The notes under the pieces are model-generated. The model did not search any database and was not told the DNA's origin. It worked only from the letters and a program-made list of their open reading frames with translations. A stretch of DNA of 64,000 nt from Antechinus flavipes. Its lineage: Eukaryota. Of the stretch, positions 45,987 to 59,079 are shown piece after piece; the stretch's first letter is position 1; every line of letters begins with the position of its first letter. The stretch is from the NCBI RefSeq assembly GCF_016432865.1, contig NC_067403.1, positions 252,340,001 to 252,404,000 of the forward strand. Direction: 5' to 3'. A program made the position numbers and the translations under genes.

Positions 45987-46455
45987 TGTTGGAGAAGAGA
46001 CAGAAGAGATAAGGAAGAAGCCAAGAGAGGCTAAGTAGCTTGCTGATTAACAAACCAATTCTAATTGGCTGAACCATTTAAACCTAAGTCCAGACGCAAT
46101 GTTCTTTCACATCAGGACATTTTCAGGATTTCAACTAAATCCCAATTCTGTCCATCTCTAGCACTAAGACCTTGGGAAAGTTAAAAGGTCAGAGGATGAG
46201 AAATGGCATCTTAAAGGGCAGAAAAATTCCTAGATTTCAGGAAAAAACTCAAACTCTCCAGTTCCTAGATTTCAGAAAAAAATTCAAACTCTCCAGTTCT
46301 TAGAGGTCAGAAGAAAAACTCAAGTTCTCCAATTCTTAGAGGTCAGAGAAACTCAAACTTTCCAGTTCTTAGAGGTCAGAAAAACTTAAACTTTCCAGTT
46401 CTTAGAGATCAGAGAAACTCAAACTTTCCAGTTCTTAGAGCTCAGACTCCAAACA
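45987..46455. mobile_element. Possible solo LTR containing a 33-36 bp tandem repeat
   Basis: Starts TGTTGGAG, ends CTCCAAACA (short inverted termini); no TSD or AATAAA found. Confidence 0.35.
46227..46454. repeat. 33-36 bp minisatellite, about 6.5 copies (ttcttagaggtcagagaaactcaaactttccag)
   Basis: Direct reading; length variation lies in the A-run. Confidence 0.9.
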
Positions 46456-49400
46456 ATTCGGGCTCATCCAAAGAGGGAGGAGCTGCCTTAGAGACAGCAG
46501 GAGGTGGTCAAGCACCTGGCGCTGGGTGACCATTTGTTGGAAAATTCCTCTTTTTCACGAGGTGGACAAGCCAGCCTCTGCAGGTCCATGCAGTTCTGCA
46601 AAGCCAAAGCCTAGAACAGGGTTGTCCAAAGGAGAGGCTTTTAAAAAGGTGACAATGCGTCAGAGAAACATCAGCTTGGGCTTTTTTGTTTCGGTTTGTT
46701 CTACATAGACATTGCAATGGCCACTTAAAAATGAGCATATGAGAGGCTCTTATGAAGACCAAAGGAGAAAATGTTTCCAGGGCTTTGTCACTATCACTCC
46801 AGACCTTTGCACTGTGCTCCCCAAGCCTGGAAGGCCCTCCCTGCCTCTTCCTCTCTGCCTCAGAGAATCCCTGGTTTCCTTCAAAGCCCAGGACTGGTTC
46901 CCCCTTCTAGGTCCAGGATCCCTGGCTGCCCCCCCCAAGCTCGTTTTGTATAATTTATGTATGTACCTACCTGTTGTCTCCCTCAGGAGGGTATTTATTT
47001 TTGTGCCCCTCCAGGCCTGGCCCACAAAATGGAGGGTTGGACTGATGCTTCTGGATAGATTGCTGCTGGCCGGGAGCTTTCGCAGCCCATGGTCCCTTGT
47101 CTCTTTTTGGAGGCCTTTATTTATGCTTTTATGGGTACACTTTGTCCCTTGATAGATCTCGTCAGCATCTATCTTCACATCTGAAATATAGTTGGAGCTT
47201 CCTAAATGCTTAGTGGACTGATCTGAATAATGCTTCTGACACTAGATATCTGATTTAACCCCTCTGATCCTCAGTTTGCACCTGTGAAATGGGCTCATCA
47301 GATCCATTTCCTAGGACTGCTTAAATGAGGACATGCTGGAGGATGCCTCAGGGAGACTCCTGCTGAAGGTGTAGAGAGTCTTCTGTGAGGACCCATCCAC
47401 CCATCCAGCAGTCAATAAGAATTTATAAAGCACCTACTAAGTGCAGGACACTGGGAGCCGACAGACAGCAGCGAGGACACACCTTTGGGGGGCTTCCAGG
47501 CTAGGACATTCAAACAATGACGAAGGTGAAATGAAAAAGGGACTTTGGAGAGGGGGGAGGGTCTACAAAGGATCCAGAACTTGGGGGAAATTGAGACCTC
47601 ATCACTTCACAGATGAGGAAACAGGTGAATCAGGCCACAGGGGTAGAATTTGAATCTAGGGCCTGTAGCGCCAAAGCCAAGGCGCCTTCCCTGCCTCAGT
47701 TTATGAATCTATAAGTGGGTCAGACCAGCTGGTCTCTGAGATTCCTTTCTGCTCCATAGTCTGTGATCCCTATAACCTTTCTTGACCCTTCCTACTCCAG
47801 GTGGCCACACAGGGAGGGAGTCTATGGCTCTATGACTTAACATTCTCACCTGGATGAGCCAATTCTTGGCAAGCAATAGAATTGCGAGATGTCTGAGTGG
47901 AAATTGACCTCAACTACGATGCTCTCCCTCCTCAGTTCTAACTCCTGAGCTCCCTGCTTCTTTTAAATCCCAACTAAAATCTCACTTTCTACAGGAAGCC
48001 TTCCCCTTAATTCTACTACATTTCCCACTTTAACTCATATATTTCCCACTTATCCTAGCTAAGTATAGCTTGCTGAGCATCGTCTTCCCCATTAGACCAT
48101 AATAAGCTCCTTGAGGCAGGTTCTGGCTTTTGTCTCTTTTTGTGTCCTCAGCACTCAGGGCCTAGCACATAGTGGGCACTCAATGAGTGCTTGTTGATTG
48201 ATTGGCTGCTTGATACAAACCATTCCCGGGACCTGAATTACAATCCGGGCTCAATCCTTTACTCCCTGGACAACTCTCTTTAATCATCAATTAATCCACA
48301 ACCTGCACTGCTGCTCTGTATTTACTACATCCTACAGTCTACTCCTCTGCACTCACTTTTACTCCCACAATACCCTGTACCTGGTACGGGGGATACTCCC
48401 AACAACCCCAGCTCTCAGAGGGCTTAGAGGGGAGACATGTCCATCTATGCAGTTAAACCCAAGGTTTATCACCAAGCGGGGCGGAAGGTGGATCGGAAAA
48501 GCTTCCAAGTCAAGAAGTAAAAGGCTCCAGGCAAGAGGAACAAATTGGAAAAGGCAAGAAGGGGGAGATAAAAACGGCAAGAAAGGCAGGTTGTGAAAGG
48601 CTTTAAAAACTAAGCAAAGAGCTTTCGATTTGATCTAGAAGCTGAACATTGAACTTATTGGACAAAGGTCAGATCTGTACTAAAGGGACTTGCTTTGGAC
48701 AGCTGTGAGGCTACAGGCAGGGAGACCTAGACTGATGAGGGCCTAAAGACAACAGTCGTGTGAGAAGAGTGAGGGAAACAGATGCATTTTCCTGCTCAGA
48801 ACTTTTAGTTTCCTCATTTTATTCCAAAAATCAAAGCTAGAATCAACCAAAAAAGGGGAAAAATGCAACAACTTTATCTTGAAATAAACTAGTTTATAGG
48901 AACTGAGAATCATCTGGACGATGGGTTTGGGTGGTGCTGGGAAGATCACAATGTATTTGAATTTAAGTACTCACATTTCAGTGCTCATTTCAGCCTGACA
49001 ACAGTCCTAGGAAATGAATGTCATTGTCCTCATTTATCAGATGAAGAAACTGAGGTTTAGAGAAGTTATAAGAGGTGCACGTAGCTGGTTTCTGAGGCAT
49101 GATTTGAATCAGTACACCCTCCACTCGGCAAGCATTTGTGAAACATCTACTTACGAAGCATTTCCAGATATGGGAGATAGCGAGATGAGAGGAAACCTTG
49201 CCCTCAAAAAGCCTATGTCAAGGCAAACAAGGTAGAAACATAAAAAAAAAGATCATAAGTAAGATTTCATACAAACAAAATAAATCCAAACCTAGGTTTT
49301 TCTAACTCCATTTTTCCATCCATTGTTCTGGTTACCACCAAAATGCTGCTCAATCGTGGCCGTTCAGATGGTCCACAAGCTTCCACAAAGGTTCTGCCCC

Positions 49401-50306
49401 TTTCATTCATTCAACCATTCAGGTAACGTTTACTATCTTGGCAAGCCTGTGTTGGGCGCTGTTGGAAGAACTTTTCACAGGGAGAGGGAGAGACCCATTC
49501 CCAGGAAAAAGTTGGATGGACCCCCCAACGGGGGTCAGTCTTTGCTTAAATTTGGGATCTCGGTCCCATCCTTGGTCATAGCTCCATTGTCACCTTTAGC
49601 TGTGAGCAGCAGTAGTATTAGTAGAAACAGCAGGAGCAGCAGTAATAATGGCAATACCACTGGACCCCTTCTGACACAATGACTTTGAAATATATTTTTT
49701 CTTTCTAGATCTGATTTTTCTTGTGCAGCAAGATAACTATAACTATATTTGGAACAGAAAGTTTTGCAGGGTCGATGTTGAAAAATTATCCATGCGTCTG
49801 TTTTGTAAATTAAATATATATATTTAGTCCACGTTTCCCCATCTTTTCCAACGAAATACTTTGAGATACTACACCAGAAACTGCTCAAATCCAGGAAAAT
49901 ACGTCCAGATTCTCTTCATGTACTAGGTTAATGATCCTGTCACAAGGAAAGCTTGAAAGAGCCGTGCTGTCCCTTGTCATCCTGGCTTCCTCTTCCAGCC
50001 ATTCACCATCTCTTTAATGAGCTGTCTCAGAATTTTTGAAAGAGCCATGCCAAGGTCTCTTGTATCACGTACACTCTGCTTTCTTTTGTTTTGAGACTCT
50101 GCTGCTTGTGCCAATTATTTTATGTAATAGTCCTCCGGCATGAGAGGGTCCTTCTTGGGAGGATGTGGGAGTTCCATATCCACCTTTGCTTTCCATTACT
50201 GGGCTCGTAGTATCTTACTCCACCATGTCGGTTAGTTCTTGTCTGGATGCCCAGTTTATGTCTAAAGAAAGACCTGTGAGCTGTCAAGCCCTTAATGTTG
50301 AGGACA

Positions 50307-50657
50307 TGTAAAAACAATGGGGGCCAGTTCAATGCAAAGTTTTATTGCAAGCCTTGGGAAATAATGGGAAGGGGAAAGAGGGAAAGGGGACCAGTATACA
50401 AATCATCCATACACACCAATTGGAGTGTAACTTGAATAAGGACAGCTCTGCATTAGGGGATCCATTCTGCAAGAAGGGGGTGCTCCAGTCAAGAGCTGTG
50501 TTCCCACTCAAGGGGAGGCTGGACTCCAAAGTGCTCTTCTGAGAATAAGGTTCTAATACCACGATTTTGGTCTCCCTGGAGCTGACCAAATTGGGCAAAA
50601 TATTATTCGGGGTGGGATGTTAATTATCAGAGAGAAATTTTTTTTTAAATGCTAGCA
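50307..50657 (-). mobile_element. Probable solo LTR
   Basis: Minus strand ends gcAATAAAactttgcattgaactggccccattgtttttACA; other end either 50628 or 50657 (possible 5-bp TSD ggaca/ggaaa). Confidence 0.5.
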
Positions 50658-51169
50658 GGAAAAGTGTTATTTGGGGAACACAGCAGTACTGATCTTTAAA
50701 AATGGTATTGATAGCATTTTTCCATGAATATGTTCTCTAAGTTTACAGCCTTGCCTAAGGGAAATTGTAAAGATCACTATAATCTCATAACAACCTCCCT
50801 CTAAAAAATCAGGAGATTTTTGCTCTTCTCCAATCTTGTGTATAAACCTCTTGTGCCAAATGTTTTATTTCTCTCTGATCTTTTTTTTAATCTTTTTAAT
50901 TGATCTTTATTTTTATTTTTATTTTTTATCTTTTTATTTCATTTGTATTTTTCTCTCTGATCACCCAAGACCTTTCAGTGGCAGTATCTCAGGCAAGATG
51001 GGCTAAAGACTTGCCTCATCACCACAGCTGAAGGTTTTCTTTCTCTCCTCTCACTCAGCTTGGGTATCACATCCCTATCAAAATTTTTGTTCTGCTCTCT
51101 CTAGACAATTTCTTGCCAAAGAAAAAAGGAAGCAAATTAAAACTGAGCAGCTCTTTTTTATCTTTATGT

Positions 51170-51745
51170 ACTTGTTTTTTCACAATCATTTTTTATTGTT
51201 CTAAATACATGCAAAGATAGTTTTTAACATCCATTCTTGCAAAATCCTGTGCTCCAAATTTTTCTCCCTCTATCTCTTCCCTCTTCTCCTAGATGGCAAG
51301 TAATCTAACATAGGTTAAACATGTACAATTCTTCTAAACATTTTCCACATTTATCATGATGCACAAAAAATTAGGTCAAAAAGCGGGGGGGAAGAAAGAA
51401 AAAATAAGGAAGCAAACAACAACAACAAAGGTGAAAATACTATGTTGTGATGCACATTCAGTCCTTGTAGTTTTCTATCTGGGTGCAGATGGCTCTTTCC
51501 ATCACAAGTCTATTGGAACTGGATCATCTCATTGTTGAAAAGAGCCACATCCATCACAGTTAGTTACCACTGCCATGTACAGTGATCTCCTGCTCACTTC
51601 CCTCAGCATCAGTTCATGTAAGTCTCTCCAGACCTCTGAAATCCTCCTGCTGGTCTTTTCTTATGGAACAATAATATTCCATTACATGCCATCACTTATT
51701 CAGCCATTCTTCAACTGTTGGGCATCCACTCAGTTTCCAGTTCCT
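51170..51745 (-). mobile_element. L1 3' fragment, antisense
   Basis: catcagttcatgtaagtctctccag...cagccattcttcaactgttgggcatccactcagtttccagttcc. Confidence 0.85.
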
Positions 51746-52619
51746 TGCTTTATCCCTTGGGGAGCTCTTTGTCCCATCTGCTTCAAGAAGAAAACTTCCT
51801 TTTCTGACCCTCTTTTCCTAATAGAGACTTTCCCCTCATCAGCCTCAGCTCATTCTTAGCTTCAGCATCATTGACACTATTTTCATGGGGTTGTGCCCCT
51901 GTTACATTCATTGTCTGTCACCTGGACTTGCTTACATTTTCTGTATATTTCTGTATGTATCATCAGAGGTTATTGACAGGAAAATAAGACAAAAATATTC
52001 CTGGGACCATTATTCATTAAAAAAAAACCTTCTTAGTCTATAGGGAAAATGGCTGACAAATTAATAGAATATTAAAATAACATGACAAATTGTAAATATC
52101 ATTAATAAATATAAAGATTTATAGGAATGGATGCAATGTGAAGAAAGGGGAATTGAAATTGGCACACATAAATATGATTAAAACACAAAGGAGATTTATA
52201 GGAATGGATGCAAAGTGAAGAAAGGGGAATTGAAATCAACACAACTTCGACTATATAAATAAAAATAGAAACAAAATCTAAAGCAAAAATTCACAGAAAA
52301 TAACTGAGAAGGGAGACGAGCTCTCTTTGTGATAGCAAAGAATTGGAAATCGAGGCGATGCTCATCAGTTGGGGAACGGCAGAACAAGCTGTGGTATATG
52401 ATGGTGATTGTTATCGTTCGTTCATGAAGAGGAACAAAACGACATCGGGTCATTTGTTAGTGTGTCTGCCTGTGGCTGATCAGACCATTACGAGCTCAGA
52501 GGGCTCTGCCACAAATAATCCATATTTACATCCGGGCTAGTTTCTCTCACTCTGCCCATCTCGCCTTTCTTATGATTTAATTCTTCTTTGCTCATAGAGC
52601 CTAGCACCTTCTCTGATGA

Positions 52620-53025
52620 GGGCACACCAGGCTGAGTGGTCCTCTGCTAGTGTCTCCCGTGTCATATAATTGATTCTAAAGTTCTTAAGAGTTACCTTGA
52701 GAAGATCCCCGTATTGCTTTTTCTGATTACCTTATGAGGGCTTACCTTGTGTGAGTTCTCCATAAAATATATATTTTTTTTGCAAACATACATTTGGCAT
52801 TTGAACAACATGGCCAGTCTAACGGAGCTGTGCTCTCTGCAGTAGAGTTGGAACACTTGGCAGCTTAGTTCCAGAAAGGACCTCAATATCTAGTACCTTC
52901 TCTGCCAGGTGATCTTCAGGATCTTCCAAGAGAATTCAAATGGATGCGATTCAGTTTCCTGGCATGGTGTGGATAGACTGTCTAGATTTCACAGGCAAAT
53001 AACACTGACAGTGATGGAATACTAT
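52620..53025 (-). mobile_element. RTE-clade LINE 3' fragment
   Basis: Reverse complement gives KILKITWQ..V.DTEVL...QLRWAGHV-like residues and GQKKRYKD-like residues with frameshifts. Confidence 0.75.
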
Positions 53026-53064
53026 TATTCTATAATCTTACTATATAATATATAAATATAATGT

Positions 53065-53560
53065 TGAGCAAGCAGATTTCAGGAAAACCTGGAAAGCCTT
53101 ACATGAAGTGATGCTGAATAAAGTAAGCAGAACCAGGAGAACATTGTACAGAATAACAGCAACACTGTGTAATGATTAGCTATGATAGACTTGGCTCTTC
53201 TCAGCAATACAATAATCTAAGACAACTGCAAAAGACCCGTGTGGGAAAATACCATCAACATCCAGAGAAAGAACTGTGAAGTCTAAATGCACATTGAAAG
53301 TGACTATTTTCACTTTTCTTTCGTTTGTTCTCATGGTTTTTGCCTTTTGTTTTAATCTTCTTTTACAACATGACTAATATGGAAATATATTTAGTATGAT
53401 AAATATGAAGTATAGTCTTTATCAGATTATTTGCTGTCTGGGAGAGAGGGGAAAGAAAGGAGGGAGGGAGAAAAAAATGAAAATTAAAATCTTCTAAAAG
53501 TAAATGTTGAAAACTAGCCTTACATATAATTTTAAAAATTTCAATCCTATTATGTGGAAA
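53065..53560 (+). mobile_element. L1 3' fragment
   Basis: gatttcaggaaaacctggaaagccttacatgaagtgatgctga...gcagaaccaggagaacattgtaca. Confidence 0.85.
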
Positions 53561-53877
53561 AAATACTAAAATACCTTGCTGAAGTTAATATAAACTTTTT
53601 TTTTTCCTAAACAAGCTCTAAATTATGGAAGTTTGTAATATCATATACCTCTTTTTAATTCTGATTTACATATGTGAAGGTTTGTATAGTTTATGCTTTT
53701 TTGAAAAGAAAAGATTTTGGAGGTATCCAGTTTATTCATAGCTCCAAGCTTTCTCTCCACTCACCTTCACCTCCATTGTTTTATAGTTTTTAAGGAGAAA
53801 AGCTTTCCAATCTTGCACTCCAATCCACTATAATGCTTTGTAACTGAGTTTGTGCTGTAAACCAAAGGTAGCTCTAT

Positions 53878-54046
53878 AAGGCCCACAACACTCAGTGAAG
53901 CAAGCTAGAACTAAATTAAAATGCACTTGGGAAATGTTTAACAAAACAAACAAAAATACAACATAGATATTACATTTTAAAATTAAGTCAAGATCCCAGA
54001 AAGATCTTTATATAAAGATCTGTTGTTTATTATTTGATACCATTGC
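53878..54046 (-). mobile_element. Marsupial non-autonomous DNA transposon fragment (hAT/Charlie-like)
   Basis: Reverse complement caatggtatcaaa...ttgttaaacatttcccaagtgcattttaat...gagtgttgtgggcc resembles a recalled marsupial MER-type consensus. Confidence 0.4.
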
Positions 54047-54959
54047 TTTAAACCAACATTAAACTTATCTGCCACTTGGATGCAATCTGGATGCTAACAA
54101 TGATTTCCTCATAAGAGGAATAAATAGATTATCATAAAAGGAAATGAGTGGGTCAAGTATGGAGAATGAGGGCATCTAGATACTACACTGGTACCCAAGG
54201 AATTTTAAAAGATCTATTTATTTTTAAAAGAGTGTTGGACATTTCCTTATGGGAATTTGATGGGAAGAAATGGATCACAGGTATGAAGGCATGAATGATT
54301 TATGATCTACTCCACTGGTAGAAAGGTCCACGATGATCTTAAAACACTGATGCTGATTTAGATTCGGGGGAAGGACGCAGGGATCCATCACTTTTGCCCC
54401 ACCACCTTCAGGGCCTCTGAATCCAAAGTCACCAATCAGAAGGGTAACATAAGAATTACCAGTAGCTACAGTAACACTGCACACACAAACACACACACCC
54501 CCCTTTGGGCAAGGGGACCTTCCGTGTCCTTTGAGTCATACCATTAAGCCTCCACCTGTTCTGACGATGCAAGAGGCCAGACAGGCTTAAAAACCACAAG
54601 GAAACCGCAGCTGCTGGGTTATCTAGCAATTCCCTCTCCGCCCCCCAGTGTGGCACCCAGCTCTGAGAATCGGTGAGAGAAGCCGGGACGCCCCAGCCCC
54701 GAATCACTACAGATCTGCCAGACAACATCCTTTTATGTAATTAGCAGCTAATCTGCCAGGGGAGGCGAGTGCCTACAGTAGAGAGCCCCGGCCACTTGCT
54801 CTGCCGGTTTCCTCACTAAGTCAAAAATGTGGTCCTCCCATGGCTCTCGCCAACAATGAGGGGATCCAGGCCCGTCCCAGTGGTCCTGTGATGGAGGGAG
54901 CACCCAGAGAGAGACTGTGGGGACTTCACCACATAGCACTTTCACGCTTTCTGTTGCTG

Positions 54960-55210
54960 ATTGCTTACTTTTTGTTTTCTTTCTCATTTTTTTCCTATTT
55001 GATCTGATTTTTCTTGTGCAGTACGGTAATTGTGGAAATATAGACAGAAGAATCGCACGTGTTTAACATATATTGCATTACTTACTGTCTTAGGGGAGGG
55101 GTGGGAGAAAGGGGAAAAAAATTAGAACATAAGATTTTCTAAGGGTGAATGCTGAAAATAAAAAGCTTTTATTAAACAAAAAACAAAAAAAAAAGGATGC
55201 TGAAAAAAAA
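54960..55210 (+). mobile_element. L1 extreme 3' end
   Basis: gatctgatttttcttgtgcag...tttaacatatattg...gggaggggtgggagaaaggggaaaaaa plus A tail. Confidence 0.8.
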
Positions 55211-56553
55211 AAAACGTGGTCCTCTCCAAAGCCGGCCCAGCTGAGCAATCTGAGAGATCCTAAGGCTCCCATCTGGGAGTCCTCACAATTCCCATATTGC
55301 TGTGTTTGGAGTTCTCAAGACTTGGCTATATATATTTGGAGTTCTCAGACTTGTACTATAAATACACACACACACACAGAGAATTTTTACTAAAATTGAT
55401 TAGGAGGAATAGGCTGAAATATTCAGGATGTGGCCAAAGTAGCAGGATGCGTGTAAACGTACAACCAAGGTGCAGTTGACTGCAAGCCTGTCACATCATT
55501 CTTAACCAAGCTACAATATTTATGAGAGTCTTGTCCCTAATTACCACTATAATCTGTTTAACCCACAAAGCCTCTCCTGCTGATTCCACAGAGGGAAGCT
55601 TTCTTTCAAGTCCAAACAGTGCAGACAAACCCTTCCCAAAAAGGAAGGCCATGTTTTTATCTCCATAAATAGCCAGATCCACCTAACCTTAACAAGGATG
55701 TGGTCAGCACAATTAGCCAAACGGTAAACCAGCTGTCTCTCCTCCTCCCCATTACTGCTCCTGCCTCCATCTTGCCCCTGAAATGGCTCCTGGATTACTT
55801 ATTTCGACATCTCTGCTGTGGCTCCTTGTTTTACTTTGTGTGTATCCTTCTGCCTGTCTTGGCTTCAGGTCATTAAGAATGAGGGAGGAAATGGAATCAA
55901 TCAATCAGCAATTTGTTCAGAAATTACTGTGCGGCAAGCAGTATGTGAATTAGTGCCTGTCCTCAGTGAGGCTTACAGAACTGGGGAGAGGAGAGACAGA
56001 GAGAGACAGAGACAGAGACAGTAATAGAGAGGGAGACAGAGACAGAAACAGAGACGAAGAGATAGAGATGGAAAAGAGAGAGGAATGAGGAAATTGAGGC
56101 AAACAGAAAAATGATTTGTCAGCATCATGCAGCTGGGAAGTGTCTGAGGACAGATTTTAATTCAGGTCCTCCTGACTCCAGGCTTACCAGTCCCATCCAT
56201 TGTGCCATCTGTCTTCTCTTATTTCATGCCCAAAAGGTCTTTACATTTAGGCGAACTACTCTATTCTCCGCCCTCTATTCCAGGCTAATCTGCAAAGGGA
56301 ATCAATCTATAAATAAGTATTAAGCGCCTACTCTATACTACTCAAGCAGCAGTAACAGTGGAGATGGTCAGGGCAATTCATCTTCCTGTCTGAGCCCTCA
56401 GCACAAAGTGGCAAAGTCTCACTCACCTGGACCCAGGAGCCAGCTCACATTTATAGACCCTGCAGCTGCTCTTGTCCCCAAAAGCTGCATCTGTCTGGCT
56501 GTATGTTGTTGCTCAGGCAACAGTCACAACAGGACCAGGAGATGAAAGTTGCT

Positions 56554-56718
56554 TATTTCACATTTTACAGCCTTGTTTTTTTCTTGTATTTCACACTTTA
56601 CAACCTTGTTTTTTTTCCTGTATTTCACACTTTACAACCTTGTTTTTTTCCTGTACTTCACACTTTACAACCTCGTTTTTTTCCTGTACTTTACATTTTA
56701 CAGCCTCGTTTTTTCCTG
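56554..56718. repeat. 33-bp AT-rich minisatellite, 5 copies (tatttcacactttacaaccttgtttttttcctg)
   Basis: Direct reading. Confidence 0.92.
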
Positions 56719-57534
56719 TCCCTTCTTCCCCTCACTCTATTTTACTATTCCAGTTACCTTCTCACTTTGCTAACTGGCTCACATGATGTATGGGGAGGGA
56801 GGGAAGAGCAGGACATAATTCTGGCCAAAGCCCTCCCACCACAAGTGTAAAGGAGGGACAGGAGTGGGGAGCTGAGGCAAGAAATCATTTGGGTGAGATT
56901 ACAAACGATCTAGATGAAAAGTGATGAGCCCACATGATAGCAGTGGCTGAAGAGAAGCCCTGGGCTGACAGAGAAACAAAGGTACCAAGAGCAAGATTCG
57001 GGGAGCTGTGGGGAGTGCTATCAGTCGGGAGCTGGCTCCCCTCACAAAAGGCAGAGGAGTCCAAGCTGAGTTGAAGCAGCAATCTCCCCCAACGTGGTTC
57101 CTCACTGAAAAACCCCACATGTTGTATTGGAGGGGGAACCTCTCAGGTTCCTTCTAGCCCTAAATCTAGAGGCAACTAAGTGACCCAGTGGGTTGAATGG
57201 GAATTTGGAGTCAGGAAGCTCTGAGAGCAAATGTGCCCTCAGAAAATGAATAGTAACTCAGTTTAACTTCTGTCTACCTCAGTTTCTTTCTCTATAAAAT
57301 GGGGTCAAATAAAGGATATTTGTAAGAATCAAATGAGATAATGTTTATAAAGTGCTTAGCAAACCTTCAAGTGACAAATAAATGTGAGTTGTGATAATTA
57401 AATCTCTGGTTCTATGAATATTTGAACTATCCACATTCAGGACTGTTGTGAGGAAATATTCTTTCATATATATATATATATATTCCCAATTATTTACATT
57501 TATATATATATATATATATATTCCCAATTATTTA

Positions 57535-58105
57535 CATTTGTTATTTATATTTTTTAAATGTTTGAGTTCCAGTTCTCTTATCCCCACCCACAATTAAGAA
57601 ACCACTTGTCAAAGTCATGCAAAACATTTCCATAAAAGTCATTTTATGAATAACAAAACATAGATCGCCCAACCTAATGAAAATAAAAATCCTCAAGAAG
57701 AATTAAGTTAAAAAAGAGAGAAAGAGAATGCTTAAATTTATATTCAGACATAATCAGTTCCTTCTCTGAGCGTGGATAAGATTTTTCATCCTAAGTCCTA
57801 TGGATCATAGTACAGCTGAGAATAGAAAAGTCATTTACAGCTGGTCAGCCCAGAACATTGATATTACTTTGTATACACTACGTTTCACTTTGCTTGAGCT
57901 CATGGAGGACTTTCCAGGGTTGGTTGGTTTTTTCATGAGGGCATCCTGCTCATCATTTCCCATGGAACAATAAAATTCCATCATAAACACACACCACGGT
58001 TTATTGAGCCATTTCCCAATTGATGGGCATTTCCTCAATTTCCAATTTTTTTGCCCTGAGAAGAGAGCTGCTATGAATATTTTTGGTCCATATAGGTCAT
58101 CTGAG
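57535..58105 (-). mobile_element. L1 3' fragment, antisense
   Basis: gagccatttcccaattgatgggcatttcctcaatttcc; ORF 57835-58113 KIFIAALF..WKLRKCPSIGKWLNK. Confidence 0.85.
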
Positions 58106-58737
58106 GAAAGCATCCTTATGATTTTAAAAGAACAATAGAAATAAAAGCATTCTGAGTTTAAGCTTAACTCAATTTGTACTAAACATGGATTGTCTTGCCA
58201 AATTCACTTCCAATTGGGGCAGAGTCTCAGGTCAAGATCACTTTACAAGATCCTTACCACCTGGCTTTCCACAAATCCCAACACAGACTCCAGCTTCTGG
58301 GCTTCTGGTGGGTTATTCTCCTAAAGTTCACAAAATCATTGGGGCCTCCACTACAGAAAAAAAAAAAAAAAAAACAAATCAAAGTCCAAAAGAGGTCTAG
58401 ATTCAAGGACCACAAGTTGGCCTCTGATGGGAGGGTCTGAGGTCTTTTCTCCAGCAGCCTCAGCTCCCTCCCAGAACAGCAGTCAGTAATATGGAATTAC
58501 GTTTTGCATGTTCTCACTCATATAACTGACATCACATTGCTTGCTCTAGCAAGGAATGAGAAGTCAGAAGAGAATTAGGAACTCAAAATTTTTAAGAAAT
58601 AAATGTTTAACATGTTTGTGGCAGTCCTTTTTGTAGTGGCAAGGAACTGGAAACTGAGTGGATGCCCATCAGCTGGAGAATGGCTGAATAAATTATGGCA
58701 CATGAATGGTATGGAATATTATTGTTCTACAAAAAAT

Positions 58738-59079
58738 TGTGATGACCATGTTAGCACTCTGGATACCTTAGAATCAGCCAGAGTCAGGATAAGCAAAAAG
58801 TCCTAAGTCTTTATTCTTCGCCTTTAGACATAGGACTGAATTGGATGGAAGCAGAATCTCCATAACCTTCCTCCTCCCTCTTCTACTGCCAAAGTGACCC
58901 TGGCTAGTCTTACTCCACCCCCTACAATTCTCTGTATACACCAATTATCGAGCCAGCAGAGGATAGTGGGGAGGACCATTCCCCAAGCACATGCCCATAG
59001 AGTATTGTCCAATCGGTAGTCAGCCTCAAGTGCTCAAACTGATCTCAGTGCATCAACTCAAGAGTTTCAGCCCTCTACA
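58738..59079 (-). mobile_element. Solo ERV LTR, 342 bp
   Basis: TG...CA termini, minus-strand AATAAA at 58810-58815, 6-bp TSD aaaaat/agaaat, interrupts a contiguous L1. Confidence 0.85.

Noticed and set aside
46712-47178. Overlapping ORFs of 142-146 aa
   Set aside because: They lie largely in L2-like sequence with no protein similarity
57466-57539. Exact duplication of (TA)n-ttcccaattatttacattt
   Set aside because: Adjacent to a dinucleotide run; likely slippage or an assembly overlap, of little biological meaning
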